Part shown: in pieces, positions 40,687 to 50,648 of the stretch
Position numbering within the stretch: the first letter of the stretch is position 1
How the letters are laid out: each line of letters begins with the position of its first letter
NCBI GenBank assembly: GCA_963675595.2
Contig: CAXXLZ010000002.1
Location: 2,912,001-2,976,000, forward strand
DNA length: 64,000 bases
Direction: 5' to 3'
Source of the DNA: Thermodesulfobacteriota bacterium
GTDB lineage: Bacteria; Desulfobacterota; Desulfarculia; JACQYL01
Translations under genes and position numbers: made by a program
The notes under the pieces: generated by a model
Seen by the model: the letters and a program-made list of their open reading frames with translations, nothing else
Told to the model about the DNA's origin: nothing
Databases searched by the model: none

Positions 40687-41847
40687 TTATGAGCATTCCA
40701 GCGTACCTGCGCGACGCAGGATGGAACGCCCGTAACGATCCCGAATCCGATCCACCGCCTTTTCCAGCTCCGGCCCGCCCTGGTCCGCTCCCTCCCAGAA
40801 GTATCGGTCCGACGGTTCCTGAAAGCCGGAAACGCCGACCCCCGTTAGACGAAGTGGGACCTCCGGCGGCCGTTCCTCCAGCAAGGTCAGTGCGGTCCTG
40901 AAAATCACGGCCGTCTCGTCCGTGTATCCGGCCAGAGTGCGACTTCGGGTCTGCAAGGTGAAATCGGCTCGTTTGAGCTTAAGCGTGACGGTTCTGCCTT
41001 TGAGTTCCTTGCGCCTCAGCCTCTCCGCCACCCGTTCCGACTGATGCAAAATCCATTTCCGGAGATCGCCGGGATCCAGCACATCCCGTCCGAAGGTGTT
41101 CTCGGCGCTCACGGATTTGCTGCGATGGACGGGCTCCAGTTCCTCTTCCTCCTCACCCCTGGCCATGCGGAGTAGTCTTTCACCCCATTTCCCGAAACGG
41201 GAACGAATCACGGCTTCGGACAGGGCCGGCAAGTCGCCCGCCGTTACCACACCCAGCAGCTCCAATTGCGCCAACGCCCGTTTCCCCACCCCGGGCAACA
41301 ACCGGACCGGCAGCGAGGCGATGAAATCGTGGGTTTCCTCCGGGGGAACACAGGTGAGTCCGTCGGGTTTGCAGAGACCGCAGGCGATCTTGGAAAGAAA
41401 TTTCAGAGAAGCAATGCCGACCGAGCAGGTGACCCCCCCGACTTCCCGAATCCGTCTTTTTGCCTCCTCGGCGGCATTCACAGGATCTCCCCAGACATGA
41501 TGCATGCCGCTCAGGTCCAGGTAGGCCTCGTCGATGGAAACCTGTTCGACCACGGGAGAAATGCCGTCGAGGACCTCCATAATCCGTTCGGAAACCCGAA
41601 CATAGCGGTCCATTCGAACGGGAAGCACCACGGCGTCGGGACAGCGCCGCACGGCGAGAAACATGGGCATGGCGGAATGCACACCGAACTTGCGTGCTTC
41701 ATAAGAAGCCGCGGAAACCACGCCCCTTTCCCGCCCCCCCACGATAACGGGCCGCCCGCGGAGTTCGGGGTGATCGGCCTGTTCTACGGAGGCGTAGAAC
41801 GCGTCCATGTCCACGTGCATGATGATGGGCGATTTCAATGAAACCAT
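40687..41847 (-). CDS. dinB: DNA polymerase IV
   Basis: HVDMDAFYASVEQ, SYEARKFGV, SIDEAYLD, KPDG and KSVSAENTF. Confidence 0.96.
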   Translation of the reverse strand: MVSLKSPIIMHVDMDAFYASVEQADHPELRGRPVIVGGRERGVVSAASYEARKFGVHSAMPMFLAVRRCPDAVVLPVRMDRYVRVSERIMEVLDGISPVVEQVSIDEAYLDLSGMHHVWGDPVNAAEEAKRRIREVGGVTCSVGIASLKFLSKIACGLCKPDGLTCVPPEETHDFIASLPVRLLPGVGKRALAQLELLGVVTAGDLPALSEAVIRSRFGKWGERLLRMARGEEEEELEPVHRSKSVSAENTFGRDVLDPGDLRKWILHQSERVAERLRRKELKGRTVTLKLKRADFTLQTRSRTLAGYTDETAVIFRTALTLLEERPPEVPLRLTGVGVSGFQEPSDRYFWEGADQGGPELEKAVDRIRDRYGRSILRRAGTLECS

Positions 41848-42143
41848 CCCGAACCGCGTGGGTGAATAAGCGATGTTTCCCGCCGTGGCAACGGCGGAAC
41901 CGAGGATACCTGCATGCTAAACGAGAGGCGCATGCCTAGTCAAGAAAGGGAGTTTCATATTTGCACATTAACAGGGAACGAATTCCCGTTTATACGCTAT
42001 ATCGGCTTGCCTGCCCCCACCCTCGGCGATCCTGAAGCCAACACCGTATTCATCCCACGCAGGCGGGCCGGTAAGAACTCAAGGGCCGTGAGCATAATAC
42101 CCGTCGGAAACAACTTGACACCTGAACGGAATTCCGCATAAAG

Positions 42144-42187
42144 TTTGGCGTGCCGAATAGAGTTATGGAGTCCAAAACTTCGGCACG
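42144..42187. promoter_or_regulatory. Candidate metal-regulator operator or hairpin upstream of feoA
   Basis: Imperfect palindrome TTTGGCGTGCCGAA; CGTGCCGAA and TTCGGCACG form a perfect 9-bp inverted repeat. Confidence 0.3.
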
Positions 42188-42235
42188 GGGGTTTCGCCCC
42201 CAACCACATCTTTTCCCATCAGGAGGTTTTCCATC

Positions 42236-42469
42236 ATGGCCCAAATTCCCATGAGGCGGCTCAAACAGGGGCAATCCGCCGTCATTGCCTCAATTTCGGC
42301 ACAGGGCGAACTCGGCCGACGCATCCGAGACATGGGTCTCAATCCCGGCACCTCGGTCAAGATACAAGGGAGGGCTCCCCTCAACGACCCCGTGGCACTC
42401 CGCGTGCGGGGTTTTACTTTGACGCTCAGAAACAGCGAAGCGGATTTCATCCTGGTGGAGGTGGAATAG
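42236..42469 (+). CDS. feoA: Ferrous iron transport protein A
   Basis: RRIRDMGLNPG...RAPLNDPVALRVRGFTLTLRNSEA; AGGAGG RBS. Confidence 0.95.
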   Translation: MAQIPMRRLKQGQSAVIASISAQGELGRRIRDMGLNPGTSVKIQGRAPLNDPVALRVRGFTLTLRNSEADFILVEVE

Positions 42470-42472
42470 ACC

Positions 42473-44683
42473 ATGGCGGCGACCCTCGCCCTGGCGGGCA
42501 ATCCGAACTCCGGCAAGACCTCTCTCTTCAATGCCCTCACCGGGGCCCGGCAACACGTGGGCAACTACCCCGGCGTTACCGTGGAGAAGAAGGAAGGTTT
42601 TTATAAAGACAACGGTTTTGAGTTTCATGTGGTGGACCTTCCCGGGACGTACTCCCTGACCGCTTTCTCTCTGGAAGAGCTCGTCGCACGCAATTACCTG
42701 GTGACGGAAAGACCCAAAGTGGTCGTCGACATCGTCGACGCCTCCAATCTTGAACGAAACCTTTATCTCACGGTTCAGTTTCTGGAATTGGGACTGCCCG
42801 TATGCATCGCCTTGAACATGGTGGACGTGGCTCGGCGGGACGGCGTTGAAATCGATGAGAAGCGGTTGTCGTCCCTTTTAGGCGTGCCCGTCGTATCCAC
42901 CGTAGCAAGAAGCGGCCAAGGCAAAAGAGAGCTTATGGCCGCCGCCGCGGCTCGTGCTCATGAAATCTCCGAACCGACTTCCTTCAGTATTTCCTATGGG
43001 GACGACATCGACCGGGCTCTTCTTGAAATGGGCCGATGGATCGAGGAGGGTTCTTTCCTGTCCGGCCGGTATCCTTCCAGGTGGGTGGCGCTCAAATATC
43101 TCGAATCCGATGAAGAGGTGATCTCCGAAGGACGATCCGCCGACGCGGAGCTTTCGGCAAAACTGGAGACGAAGGTGCGGGCCGTGGCTTCCCACGTATC
43201 GAGCACCTTGAACATCCAACCCGAAGGCCTGATCGCCGACCATCGTTACGGATTCATCAACGCCCTTCTCAAGCGGGGCGTTATCGTCCGACGATACGAC
43301 GAGAATCGCATTCGTCTTTCGGACAAAATCGATCGCGTGCTCACCAACCGCTTCCTGGGCCCCCTCATCATGGCTGCGGTGGTCTTCACCTTGTATCAGG
43401 TCACCTTCTCCTCCAGTGAAACCCCCATCGGTTGGGTGGAATCGTTTTTCGGCTTCGTTTCCGGGCTGGCGGATACCTACCTGCCCAACGGCCTGCTCAA
43501 GTCTTTGCTCATTTCCGGAATCATCGACGGTGTCGGAGGGGTATTGGGGTTCGTTCCTCTCATCATGTTCATGTTTCTGGGCATTGCGATTCTTGAAGAC
43601 ACCGGCTACCTGGCGCGAATCGCTTTCATGCTGGACCGGGTCTTCGCAGCCTTCGGCCTGCACGGCAGTTCGGTGATCCCTTTCATCGTCGGAGGCGGGA
43701 TCGCCGGAGGTTGCGCCGTTCCGGGAATTATGGCCGCCCGAACCCTCAGATCCCCCAAGGAACGTCTCGCCACCCTTTTAACAGTGCCGTTCATGAACTG
43801 CGGAGCAAAGCTGCCGTTAATGGCGTTGCTCATAGGCACATTCTTTTCCAAGCATGAAGGACTTCTCATGTTCCTCTTCACCGTTCTCGCGTGGCTCGGC
43901 GCCCTCGCAGTAGCCAAACTCCTGAGAATGACGGTCGTGCGGGGAGCTCCAACCCCTTTCGTGATGGAACTTCCGCCTTATCGTCTCCCAACGCTCAAGG
44001 GGCTGCTGATTCACACGTGGGAACGGACTTGGCAATATATCAAAAAGGCGGGCACGGTGATCCTGGGCATTTCCATCCTGCTGTGGGCCATGATGACCTT
44101 CCCCGGACTGCCGCAGAACACTCGCCTGGCATTCGAGACAGCCGAGCGGAACCTCCTGGCCGCCGCCCCCGCTCACGTAAAGGATCAAATGGGCCTTGAA
44201 AACGCATCCCCTGAAGCGGCGGCACTGAAACAAGAACTGGAGCGATTGCGGGCCGAGGAGGCGGAGGTCGCTCTCCGGAACTCCTTCGCCGGGCGTATCG
44301 GGTCCTTCCTGGAACCCGTCAGCCGGTGGGCCGGTTTTGATTGGAAAATCAACATCGCCCTTGTGGGAGGCATCGCGGCCAAGGAAGTGGTCGTGTCCAC
44401 TCTGGGAACCGCCTATTCTTTAGGGGACGTGGACCCCGAGGAGTCCGCTTCTCTTTCGGAAACCTTGGCCGCTTCTCCCGATTGGAGCGGTCTTCTGGCG
44501 TTGTCGGTCATCTTGTTCAGCATGTTTTACGCCCCCTGCTTTGTGAGCGTGGTCTGCATGGTGCGAGAGTCCGGCAGCTGGAAATGGGGAGCCTTTTCGA
44601 TCATCTTCAATACGACCCTGGCTTTTTCCCTGGCCGTCTTGGTGTATCAGGGAGGGAGATTCTTCGGATTGCTTGGAGGCTGA
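42473..44683 (+). CDS. feoB: Ferrous iron transport protein B
   Basis: GNPNSGKTSLFNALTG, GNYPGVTVE, DLPGTYSL, LEDTGYLAR, PFVMELPPY and AKEVVVSTL. Confidence 0.97.
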   Translation: MAATLALAGNPNSGKTSLFNALTGARQHVGNYPGVTVEKKEGFYKDNGFEFHVVDLPGTYSLTAFSLEELVARNYLVTERPKVVVDIVDASNLERNLYLTVQFLELGLPVCIALNMVDVARRDGVEIDEKRLSSLLGVPVVSTVARSGQGKRELMAAAAARAHEISEPTSFSISYGDDIDRALLEMGRWIEEGSFLSGRYPSRWVALKYLESDEEVISEGRSADAELSAKLETKVRAVASHVSSTLNIQPEGLIADHRYGFINALLKRGVIVRRYDENRIRLSDKIDRVLTNRFLGPLIMAAVVFTLYQVTFSSSETPIGWVESFFGFVSGLADTYLPNGLLKSLLISGIIDGVGGVLGFVPLIMFMFLGIAILEDTGYLARIAFMLDRVFAAFGLHGSSVIPFIVGGGIAGGCAVPGIMAARTLRSPKERLATLLTVPFMNCGAKLPLMALLIGTFFSKHEGLLMFLFTVLAWLGALAVAKLLRMTVVRGAPTPFVMELPPYRLPTLKGLLIHTWERTWQYIKKAGTVILGISILLWAMMTFPGLPQNTRLAFETAERNLLAAAPAHVKDQMGLENASPEAAALKQELERLRAEEAEVALRNSFAGRIGSFLEPVSRWAGFDWKINIALVGGIAAKEVVVSTLGTAYSLGDVDPEESASLSETLAASPDWSGLLALSVILFSMFYAPCFVSVVCMVRESGSWKWGAFSIIFNTTLAFSLAVLVYQGGRFFGLLGG

Positions 44684-44773
44684 TGCCGGGCCAACGCATC
44701 ATAGGGTTGACAGATGTGGGGAGGGGCCGTAACCCTGTCGGAGAATCATAAATTCTCCACCGAGGTGAGCATC

Positions 44774-45328
44774 ATGGCCCCAAGAATCAAGTTGAGCGAA
44801 AGCCTGGAAGACTACCTCGAGGCTATTCTGGAAATCATCAGAGAGAAACAGGCGGTTCGAGCCAAGGACATTGCCGGCCGCCTCAACGTGAACCGATCGT
44901 CGGTCACCGGAGCGCTGAAGGCGCTGGCGGACAAAGAACTGATCAATTACGCACCCTATGACGTAATAACGCTCACACCCAAAGGAGCCAAAGCGGCGGA
45001 AGACATATCGAGGCGCCATGCCGTGCTGCTGAAATTCTTGGTGGAGGTGCTCCTGGTTCCTCCCGCGGAAGCCGACGAAGCCGCCTGTAAAATGGAACAT
45101 GCGGTTTCGAAGGAGATTTTCGAGCGACTGATCCGATATCTTGAATTCACCGAACGGTGCCCTCTCAGCCTGGCACTAAAGTCTTCAGGAGGATTCGAAG
45201 CGTTCTGCAGGCAGGAACCCTATCCCGCCAAGTGTGATGAATGCCTTTCTTCCTGCGTTCGGTCCGTGCGTGATTTTCTGGAACGAGGGAACCCCATGGA
45301 CCCATCAGCCTTGGGAAAGGATGCTTGA
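44774..45328 (+). CDS. DtxR/MntR-family metal-dependent transcriptional regulator with a Cys-rich tail
   Basis: LSESLEDYLEAI, ITLTPKG, RRH and ACKMEHAVS. Confidence 0.92.
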   Translation: MAPRIKLSESLEDYLEAILEIIREKQAVRAKDIAGRLNVNRSSVTGALKALADKELINYAPYDVITLTPKGAKAAEDISRRHAVLLKFLVEVLLVPPAEADEAACKMEHAVSKEIFERLIRYLEFTERCPLSLALKSSGGFEAFCRQEPYPAKCDECLSSCVRSVRDFLERGNPMDPSALGKDA

Positions 45329-45427
45329 AGGCACGCGGCTCTTGTGGGGGCCGGGCGACATGATGGAATGTACGGAGCGGTCCGGCAGGCCGGCGGCGGG
45401 GCCGAAACAAATCCGGGGGGAATACGG

Positions 45428-45658
45428 ATGCTCGAAAACATCCTTGTAATCGTCATCGTGGGGGGGGCTTTCGCCCTGTGCGTTCGGGCCCTGGTCAGGT
45501 TCTTTCGAGGGGGTAGGCACGCCTGTTCCTGCGACAATCCCTGCTGTCCCGGCGCCGGGTCCGCCGGGCAAGGTTCCGACGCCTCGCTACAAACCGAACT
45601 CCACGATCTCACAAAAGACGCAAGCGGTCCGCCGGACCGGAAACCGGCGGAGAACTGA
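45428..45658 (+). CDS. FeoB-associated Cys-rich membrane protein
   Basis: Single TM MLENILVIVIVGGAFALCV followed by CSCDNPCC; last gene of the feo operon. Confidence 0.75.
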   Translation: MLENILVIVIVGGAFALCVRALVRFFRGGRHACSCDNPCCPGAGSAGQGSDASLQTELHDLTKDASGPPDRKPAEN

Positions 45659-45739
45659 AAGCACGAAAAAACGCCTCCCTCACGCCCAAGGCCGAAGCCG
45701 TCGGGGCAATTCCATTCGAAGGCGAGATGGCGCGGAGCG

Positions 45740-46183
45740 CTAAGGTCCGGGCTTCGGCTCGGGATCGGAAAAAAGCGTCCCCAAAAAAGGAGCCTTGGTA
45801 TTCGTTTCGTAGACCACTCGTGTGAGCAGCCGATTCCCATCGAAGAAAAGAACCAAGAAATCCGCTTTGTCCAGGCTTCCGGAACCGGAAAACCGAAACA
45901 GCGAGGCGTAAAAGGCCTGCAGAGGGACACCGAGGGTGAACTCTCTCTGGTCGGAAAAACGCTGCACATAAACCAGGACGTCTTGGCCCCGCATTTCCAG
46001 GACCCGGTCGGGAGCTCCGAGCAGATCGAGGGCCTCGGTCAGGTTGGTCCGTCCCGTCTCAAATTCCGCCGGAACCTCCGGCACCGGACCGCCCTCCTCA
46101 TGACGAAGCACTCTCACGGAACACGCCGTGATGAAGACCAGCGCAAGAATCGCTGCGACTTCAAGGAAGGCCGTAAGCCGCAT
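45740..46183 (-). CDS. Lipoprotein, SmpA/BamE-like fold (putative)
   Basis: Lipobox ITAC, GRTNLTEALDLLGAPD and LVLFFD; resembles the neighbouring gene. Confidence 0.7.
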   Translation of the reverse strand: MRLTAFLEVAAILALVFITACSVRVLRHEEGGPVPEVPAEFETGRTNLTEALDLLGAPDRVLEMRGQDVLVYVQRFSDQREFTLGVPLQAFYASLFRFSGSGSLDKADFLVLFFDGNRLLTRVVYETNTKAPFLGTLFSDPEPKPGP

Positions 46184-46544
46184 TGTCCGCGTCCATGGTG
46201 ACCCCATAATGGGTCAGCACGTCGTCGTCGTTGAAGAAGCAAACCAAACGATCATGGTGAGTGTTGGTGTAACCCATGTTCAAGATGAAAAGGATCAACC
46301 CCGTGCCCTTGCTCTGGGTCCTTTGAAACACGTACGCGTTGCCGTTGCTGAGCTTCACCACCTCGGAAGGAGCGCCGAACAGGCGTAAGACGTCCGACGC
46401 CGTGCTCTCACCGGTCTTGAGTTCTTCCAGCTTGGCCGTTTCGAACGGCTTATATTCCTTGCTCTTTCCCAAAATGACGCATCCGGGAAGAAACAGGAAC
46501 GCCGAAAGCACCATGCAGCAGAAGGTACGGCCGATGGGTTTCAT
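46161..46544 (-). CDS. SmpA/BamE-like lipoprotein
   Basis: Lipobox LPGC, LKTGESTASDVLRLFGAP and LVCFFNDDDVL. Confidence 0.8.
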   Translation of the reverse strand: MKPIGRTFCCMVLSAFLFLPGCVILGKSKEYKPFETAKLEELKTGESTASDVLRLFGAPSEVVKLSNGNAYVFQRTQSKGTGLILFILNMGYTNTHHDRLVCFFNDDDVLTHYGVTMDADNAAYGLP

Positions 46545-46643
46545 TTTGGCCTCCTTGCGGACGTAAACGTCATCACCGAAAGCAATCGCAGGCCCGACGG
46601 CTCGCTGCGTGGGCCGCCAAGCGGATTCTTCCGGTGCCCTTTT

Positions 46644-46913
46644 TCATGATTTCCGGTTTTCCACGACGAACTCGGCCATGGTCCGAACACAGGACAACAC
46701 TCGCTTTCCCTCTTCCGGATCCTCGATGAGAACTCCGTAGTGCTTGTCCATGATCATGACCAACTCCAGGGCGTCAACGGAATCCAATCCCAATCCCGTG
46801 TCCCCGAAAAGCGGCTTTTCCGGGTCGATGTCCTCGGGCACAAGGTCTTCGAAGCCCAGCGCTTCGATCATGAGCTTCTTCAACTCTTCCTCAATTTTCC
46901 GTATTTCATCCAT
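46644..46913 (-). CDS. Acyl carrier protein
   Basis: PLFGDTGLGLDSVDALEL with the phosphopantetheine serine. Confidence 0.93.
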   Translation of the reverse strand: MDEIRKIEEELKKLMIEALGFEDLVPEDIDPEKPLFGDTGLGLDSVDALELVMIMDKHYGVLIEDPEEGKRVLSCVRTMAEFVVENRKS

Positions 46914-47745
46914 CGCTCAACTCTGAAATCAGCGTCAACCCGGCGGTAAATCCCTCATCGGTGACGGCGTTCACTTCAAGGCGGCCTTGAAAACCGCTTT
47001 CCAGACTTCGCCACAATTCATCGATCCCCGATCCGGCACCACCCTGCCGAAGTCTTGCCTGTTTGCGGCTCTGAAACCCGGCAGCTGCGGACGCGATCCG
47101 GATTCCCGGATCGGTGCTCCCGCCTCCTTCGAGAACCAGGAAAAAGGCTCCGGACTCCACGTCGGAATCCATTGGGAGCCTCAGATACTTTCGCACCTTC
47201 CCGTCCACGGCTTCCGCACCGCCGGCCAGGAGACATTCGGCGCGTCCCGACCGGATCCAGTGGAACGCCGTGACCAGAGCGGCCACGGCCGACGCCCGGC
47301 CCATGGAAACCACCGTATTCGGTCCCGTCAGCCCCAGTTCCTTACACACCTCCCCCAACGCCACGTTGGGAAGCGTGTACGAGAACAGGCTCGGACCGGC
47401 CTCGGATATCCCTTTGTCACATACGGGAAGGTAATAATTCAAGTCGGTCATGAGGCAGCCCGCCCAGCTCCCCAAAATAATCCCCTCCACCGGAGGGGGC
47501 GACGCCGGGTCACCGGCGTCGGAAAGGGCGTGAAACGCGCATCCGAGGGTCAGTTTGGACAGCAGGTCCATTCGTCCGAATCTCGCGGGAGGCTCATCGA
47601 ACAGATCTTTCCCTCGAATCCCTTCGAGTCGATGGTCGGATGCTTCCGGAATCGGGTCTTCCCAAGGACGAAATGCGCCGTGCAGGCGTTTAACGCCCCG
47701 TCCATCCACTTTCGCCCCGCCGCGAATGAAGACTTCAAGCGCCAT
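46906..47745 (-). CDS. Beta-ketoacyl synthase chain-length-factor-like protein (non-catalytic)
   Basis: RFGRMDLLSKL, PSLFSYTLPNV and LTGPN; no catalytic Cys at the expected site (SMGRAS). Confidence 0.8.
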   Translation of the reverse strand: MALEVFIRGGAKVDGRGVKRLHGAFRPWEDPIPEASDHRLEGIRGKDLFDEPPARFGRMDLLSKLTLGCAFHALSDAGDPASPPPVEGIILGSWAGCLMTDLNYYLPVCDKGISEAGPSLFSYTLPNVALGEVCKELGLTGPNTVVSMGRASAVAALVTAFHWIRSGRAECLLAGGAEAVDGKVRKYLRLPMDSDVESGAFFLVLEGGGSTDPGIRIASAAAGFQSRKQARLRQGGAGSGIDELWRSLESGFQGRLEVNAVTDEGFTAGLTLISELSDG

Positions 47746-48943
47746 GAGACTCCAGAAACGCGGCGGCGTTCACGCCTCCAAAACCCGAATTGCACAACAG
47801 AACGGAAGGACGCGGCAGAGGACCTCCAAGCAAATTGAAGCCCGGGCGGGCGCAACGGAAGTGTCCCACCGTGCGGGGTACGATGCCGTGGTCGAGCATG
47901 AGCGTTGCCGCCACGGTTTCAATCACCCCGGCCGCCCCGAACGTGTGTCCGATACTTCCCTTGATTCCGCAGAGCATGGGGATCTGTCTCCCAAAAGTGC
48001 GTTCCAACGCGGACATCTCCATGTCGTCGTTCTGCACGGTGGCCGTACCGTGGGCCAGGACGGCCCCCACACGGTCCGGGGTGGTCTCCGCCTGAATGAG
48101 GGCCTCCCGAACCGCCCGGCACAATCCCTTGCCCGTGGGGTCCGGCCCGGTAATGTGGTGGGCGTCGTTGGATAGTCCCCAACCGGATATCCTGACTCTG
48201 TAAAGGTCTTGAGTCGGTTCCAGGATCACCGCCGCCGAGGCTTCAGCCGGATTGAGGCCCTGCCTGTCGCTGTCGAAGGGCCTGGCGGGACTCAAGCTCA
48301 GGCCTTTCAAAGCCAGAAATCCCGACAGAACGAATTCACTGAGAATCTCAACCCCCAGAACCACGGCCAAGCCGCTCCTTCCCGACCGTACTTCCTCCGA
48401 CGCCGATCCCACGGCCAGAGTGCCGGAAGCGCAGGCCGCGGACACCACTTGAACGGTTCCCCGAATGTCGAGGGCTTCGGCCACAACCGCGGCCAGTTCC
48501 GAGGCCGTCGAGGGTTGTTCCTCCACAACCGGGACGCCCGAATTCACGCAGTACCGTTGAAATACATCGATAGGCCCTTTGGCCGTGGCCAGAAACAGGC
48601 AGGCATTTTGTTCACGCAGATCCCGTATGGACAACCTTGCGGATTCCAGGGCTTCACGGAGGCTCAAGCCCGCGAGAAAGCAGGCGCGCCCCCGCTCAAG
48701 ACTCAGACCGGCAAACGGGGGAAGACTCAGGACCGATTCGGGTACGCTGCCTACGGGCACATGGGCAAGATCGGCAAACCGGGACTGCCGGGACTCCCTC
48801 ACCGCCGTTTTTCCCGATGAAATGCCTTGCCACAACGCGCCGACTCCGACCCCATGGGGGGTCACCGCGCCCACACCCAGTACGGCAACGAGCGAAAGGC
48901 CCCCGCTGCCATGGTTCCCGGAAGCCTTTGAGGCTGTTTGCAT
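47735..48943 (-). CDS. Beta-ketoacyl-ACP synthase (FabF-like)
   Basis: Catalytic triad motifs SAACASG, AHGTAT and GHTFGAAG; also NDAHHITGP and NSGFGGVN. Confidence 0.92.
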   Translation of the reverse strand: MQTASKASGNHGSGGLSLVAVLGVGAVTPHGVGVGALWQGISSGKTAVRESRQSRFADLAHVPVGSVPESVLSLPPFAGLSLERGRACFLAGLSLREALESARLSIRDLREQNACLFLATAKGPIDVFQRYCVNSGVPVVEEQPSTASELAAVVAEALDIRGTVQVVSAACASGTLAVGSASEEVRSGRSGLAVVLGVEILSEFVLSGFLALKGLSLSPARPFDSDRQGLNPAEASAAVILEPTQDLYRVRISGWGLSNDAHHITGPDPTGKGLCRAVREALIQAETTPDRVGAVLAHGTATVQNDDMEMSALERTFGRQIPMLCGIKGSIGHTFGAAGVIETVAATLMLDHGIVPRTVGHFRCARPGFNLLGGPLPRPSVLLCNSGFGGVNAAAFLESHGA

Positions 48944-48945
48944 GA

Positions 48946-50412
48946 TCAGGACCTTGGACCGGGCATGGTTTGCTCCCGGTGGTCCCGAGAGTGATCAAAG
49001 GATCGGTAGGGGGCGAATTCCCACAAAGGACCCGTTTTTCCCTTCCGACGCAGGGAATCCAGATTCGCGCAAAGGTCACCGATTTCTTCAGGAAAGATCC
49101 AGTTTCGCAAACCCAAGGCCTTTTGACGCGCCGTTTCCATGACGCGCTTCTGATCGAGCTCCGGCGCAAAATAGAACACCGGTTGAAGCAGAGACCCGTC
49201 ATTGGAAATCAGGCCTTCCTTCTCGGCGATCTTTTCAAGGATGGTGCCCGGATAGATCCGCATTCCAAAAAACGGCATGACCAGAGAATTCTTCAATCGC
49301 ACGGCCGTGTCCATGGTCCGCCGCACGGTGTCCATGGTTTCTCCGGCTCCCCCCAGCAACAGGTAGTGGCACACGTGAATTCCGTGCTCTCGGGCGGCGG
49401 AATCCGATGCAAGCACGTCGTCCGGGGTAAATCCCTTTTGGTAGGTCCGGCACGTGTCTTCGCACAGCGTGTCCGTACCGAACTCCACGTGGCGAAGCCC
49501 GGCCCGCTTAAGCAGTCGGTAATCTTCCGAAATCAACCCTTGCGGGCGGAAAAAGGCGCCCCACTTGAGTCGAATACCTGATCGAATCAAGGCTTCGGCC
49601 AATTCCAGGCAATGATCCCGATTCACGTTGAACACGGAATCCACCAGAAAGACATAACGAGCCCCGGCGCGCTCGACAGCTCTCATGTCCTCCAATACCG
49701 CTTCCAGCGGAATCCGGAGCGTCCCCCCTCCTTCCACCGTTCCATAGGTGCAGTACACGCAGTGAAAGGGGCACCCCCTCCTCGTCTGAGCATTGGCCAC
49801 GCCCGAACGGTCCAAATACCATTGGAGGAGTTGATGCTCCCGTTGGGGAGCCACATAGCCGCCGGCCGATGGGGGCTCCTCCAACGAAGCCGCACCCAGC
49901 TTTCTCCCCCGTCCGGCCACGACGCCGTGACGGCGAGGCAGGGGCCTGCCGGCGATCAGGGCGTCCACCACCGGACCGATGAGCGGTTCGCCCGCCCCGC
50001 ACACTCCGGCGTCGGCATGGGTCAGAGACATCAACTCCTCGGGAAAGAGAGAAAATCCGCTTCCCCCTAAAACCATGGGCGTCGCCGAATCTTCCCGGAG
50101 CCTACGAACGAGTTCGACCGCAGCCGGGGTGTAGGCACGCGGATTGGTCCCGTCCACATTGTCGATGTTGCGGATGGAGATTCCCAAGACATCGGGCCGG
50201 AAAACCTTCACCGCTTCCATCAGCCGGTCGGGAGGCATGACGTGGGCGTCGAGCCGACTCGTCACGCACCCCCGCCGCCGCAGGGCCCCTTCCATGTAGG
50301 CCATGCCCAACGGATATACGAGGTAGGGCGCCGATTCCGTGTTCAGGGAAAGCAGCAAAATTTTGGGCTTGGCGGCTTGGGCGCGACTCACTTTCGCTCG
50401 GTGAGCTTTCAA
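48946..50412 (-). CDS. B12-binding radical SAM protein, lipid-biosynthesis type
   Basis: KILLLSLN..APYLVYPLG, GISIRNIDN, LGGSGFSLFP, QTRRGCPFHCVYCTY, VDSVFN, EFGTD and GMRIYPGT. Start uncertain. Confidence 0.88.
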   Translation of the reverse strand: MKAHRAKVSRAQAAKPKILLLSLNTESAPYLVYPLGMAYMEGALRRRGCVTSRLDAHVMPPDRLMEAVKVFRPDVLGISIRNIDNVDGTNPRAYTPAAVELVRRLREDSATPMVLGGSGFSLFPEELMSLTHADAGVCGAGEPLIGPVVDALIAGRPLPRRHGVVAGRGRKLGAASLEEPPSAGGYVAPQREHQLLQWYLDRSGVANAQTRRGCPFHCVYCTYGTVEGGGTLRIPLEAVLEDMRAVERAGARYVFLVDSVFNVNRDHCLELAEALIRSGIRLKWGAFFRPQGLISEDYRLLKRAGLRHVEFGTDTLCEDTCRTYQKGFTPDDVLASDSAAREHGIHVCHYLLLGGAGETMDTVRRTMDTAVRLKNSLVMPFFGMRIYPGTILEKIAEKEGLISNDGSLLQPVFYFAPELDQKRVMETARQKALGLRNWIFPEEIGDLCANLDSLRRKGKTGPLWEFAPYRSFDHSRDHREQTMPGPRS

Positions 50413-50631
50413 AGGGGTATCCGAGGGAATCCTTTTTGAAAAAAGGGCGCCCTCGGGCTCCCTTCCAAAAACTTAAAAAATGTTAGTATGTTGTACGGTC
50501 ACATGCCACTCGCTTTGTGAATCGCATACGCGATTCGCAAAAACGCGACGGGGGTCCGGGGGGTCATTGCTCCCCCGGCGGGGGGTGCGGGGGGACGGCG
50601 TCCCCCTGCGGCACACCCCGTGAATAGGTAC
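50407..50631. repeat. MITE-like hairpin-rich repeat, family A copy 2
   Basis: GGGGTATCCGAGGGAATCCTTTTTGAAAAAAGGG...CCCTTCCAAAAAC resembles 61805-61859; several G/C hairpins; ends CCCCGTGAATAGGTAC. Left boundary approximate. Confidence 0.55.
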
Positions 50632-50648
50632 CTCGCTCGTATCCTCAC

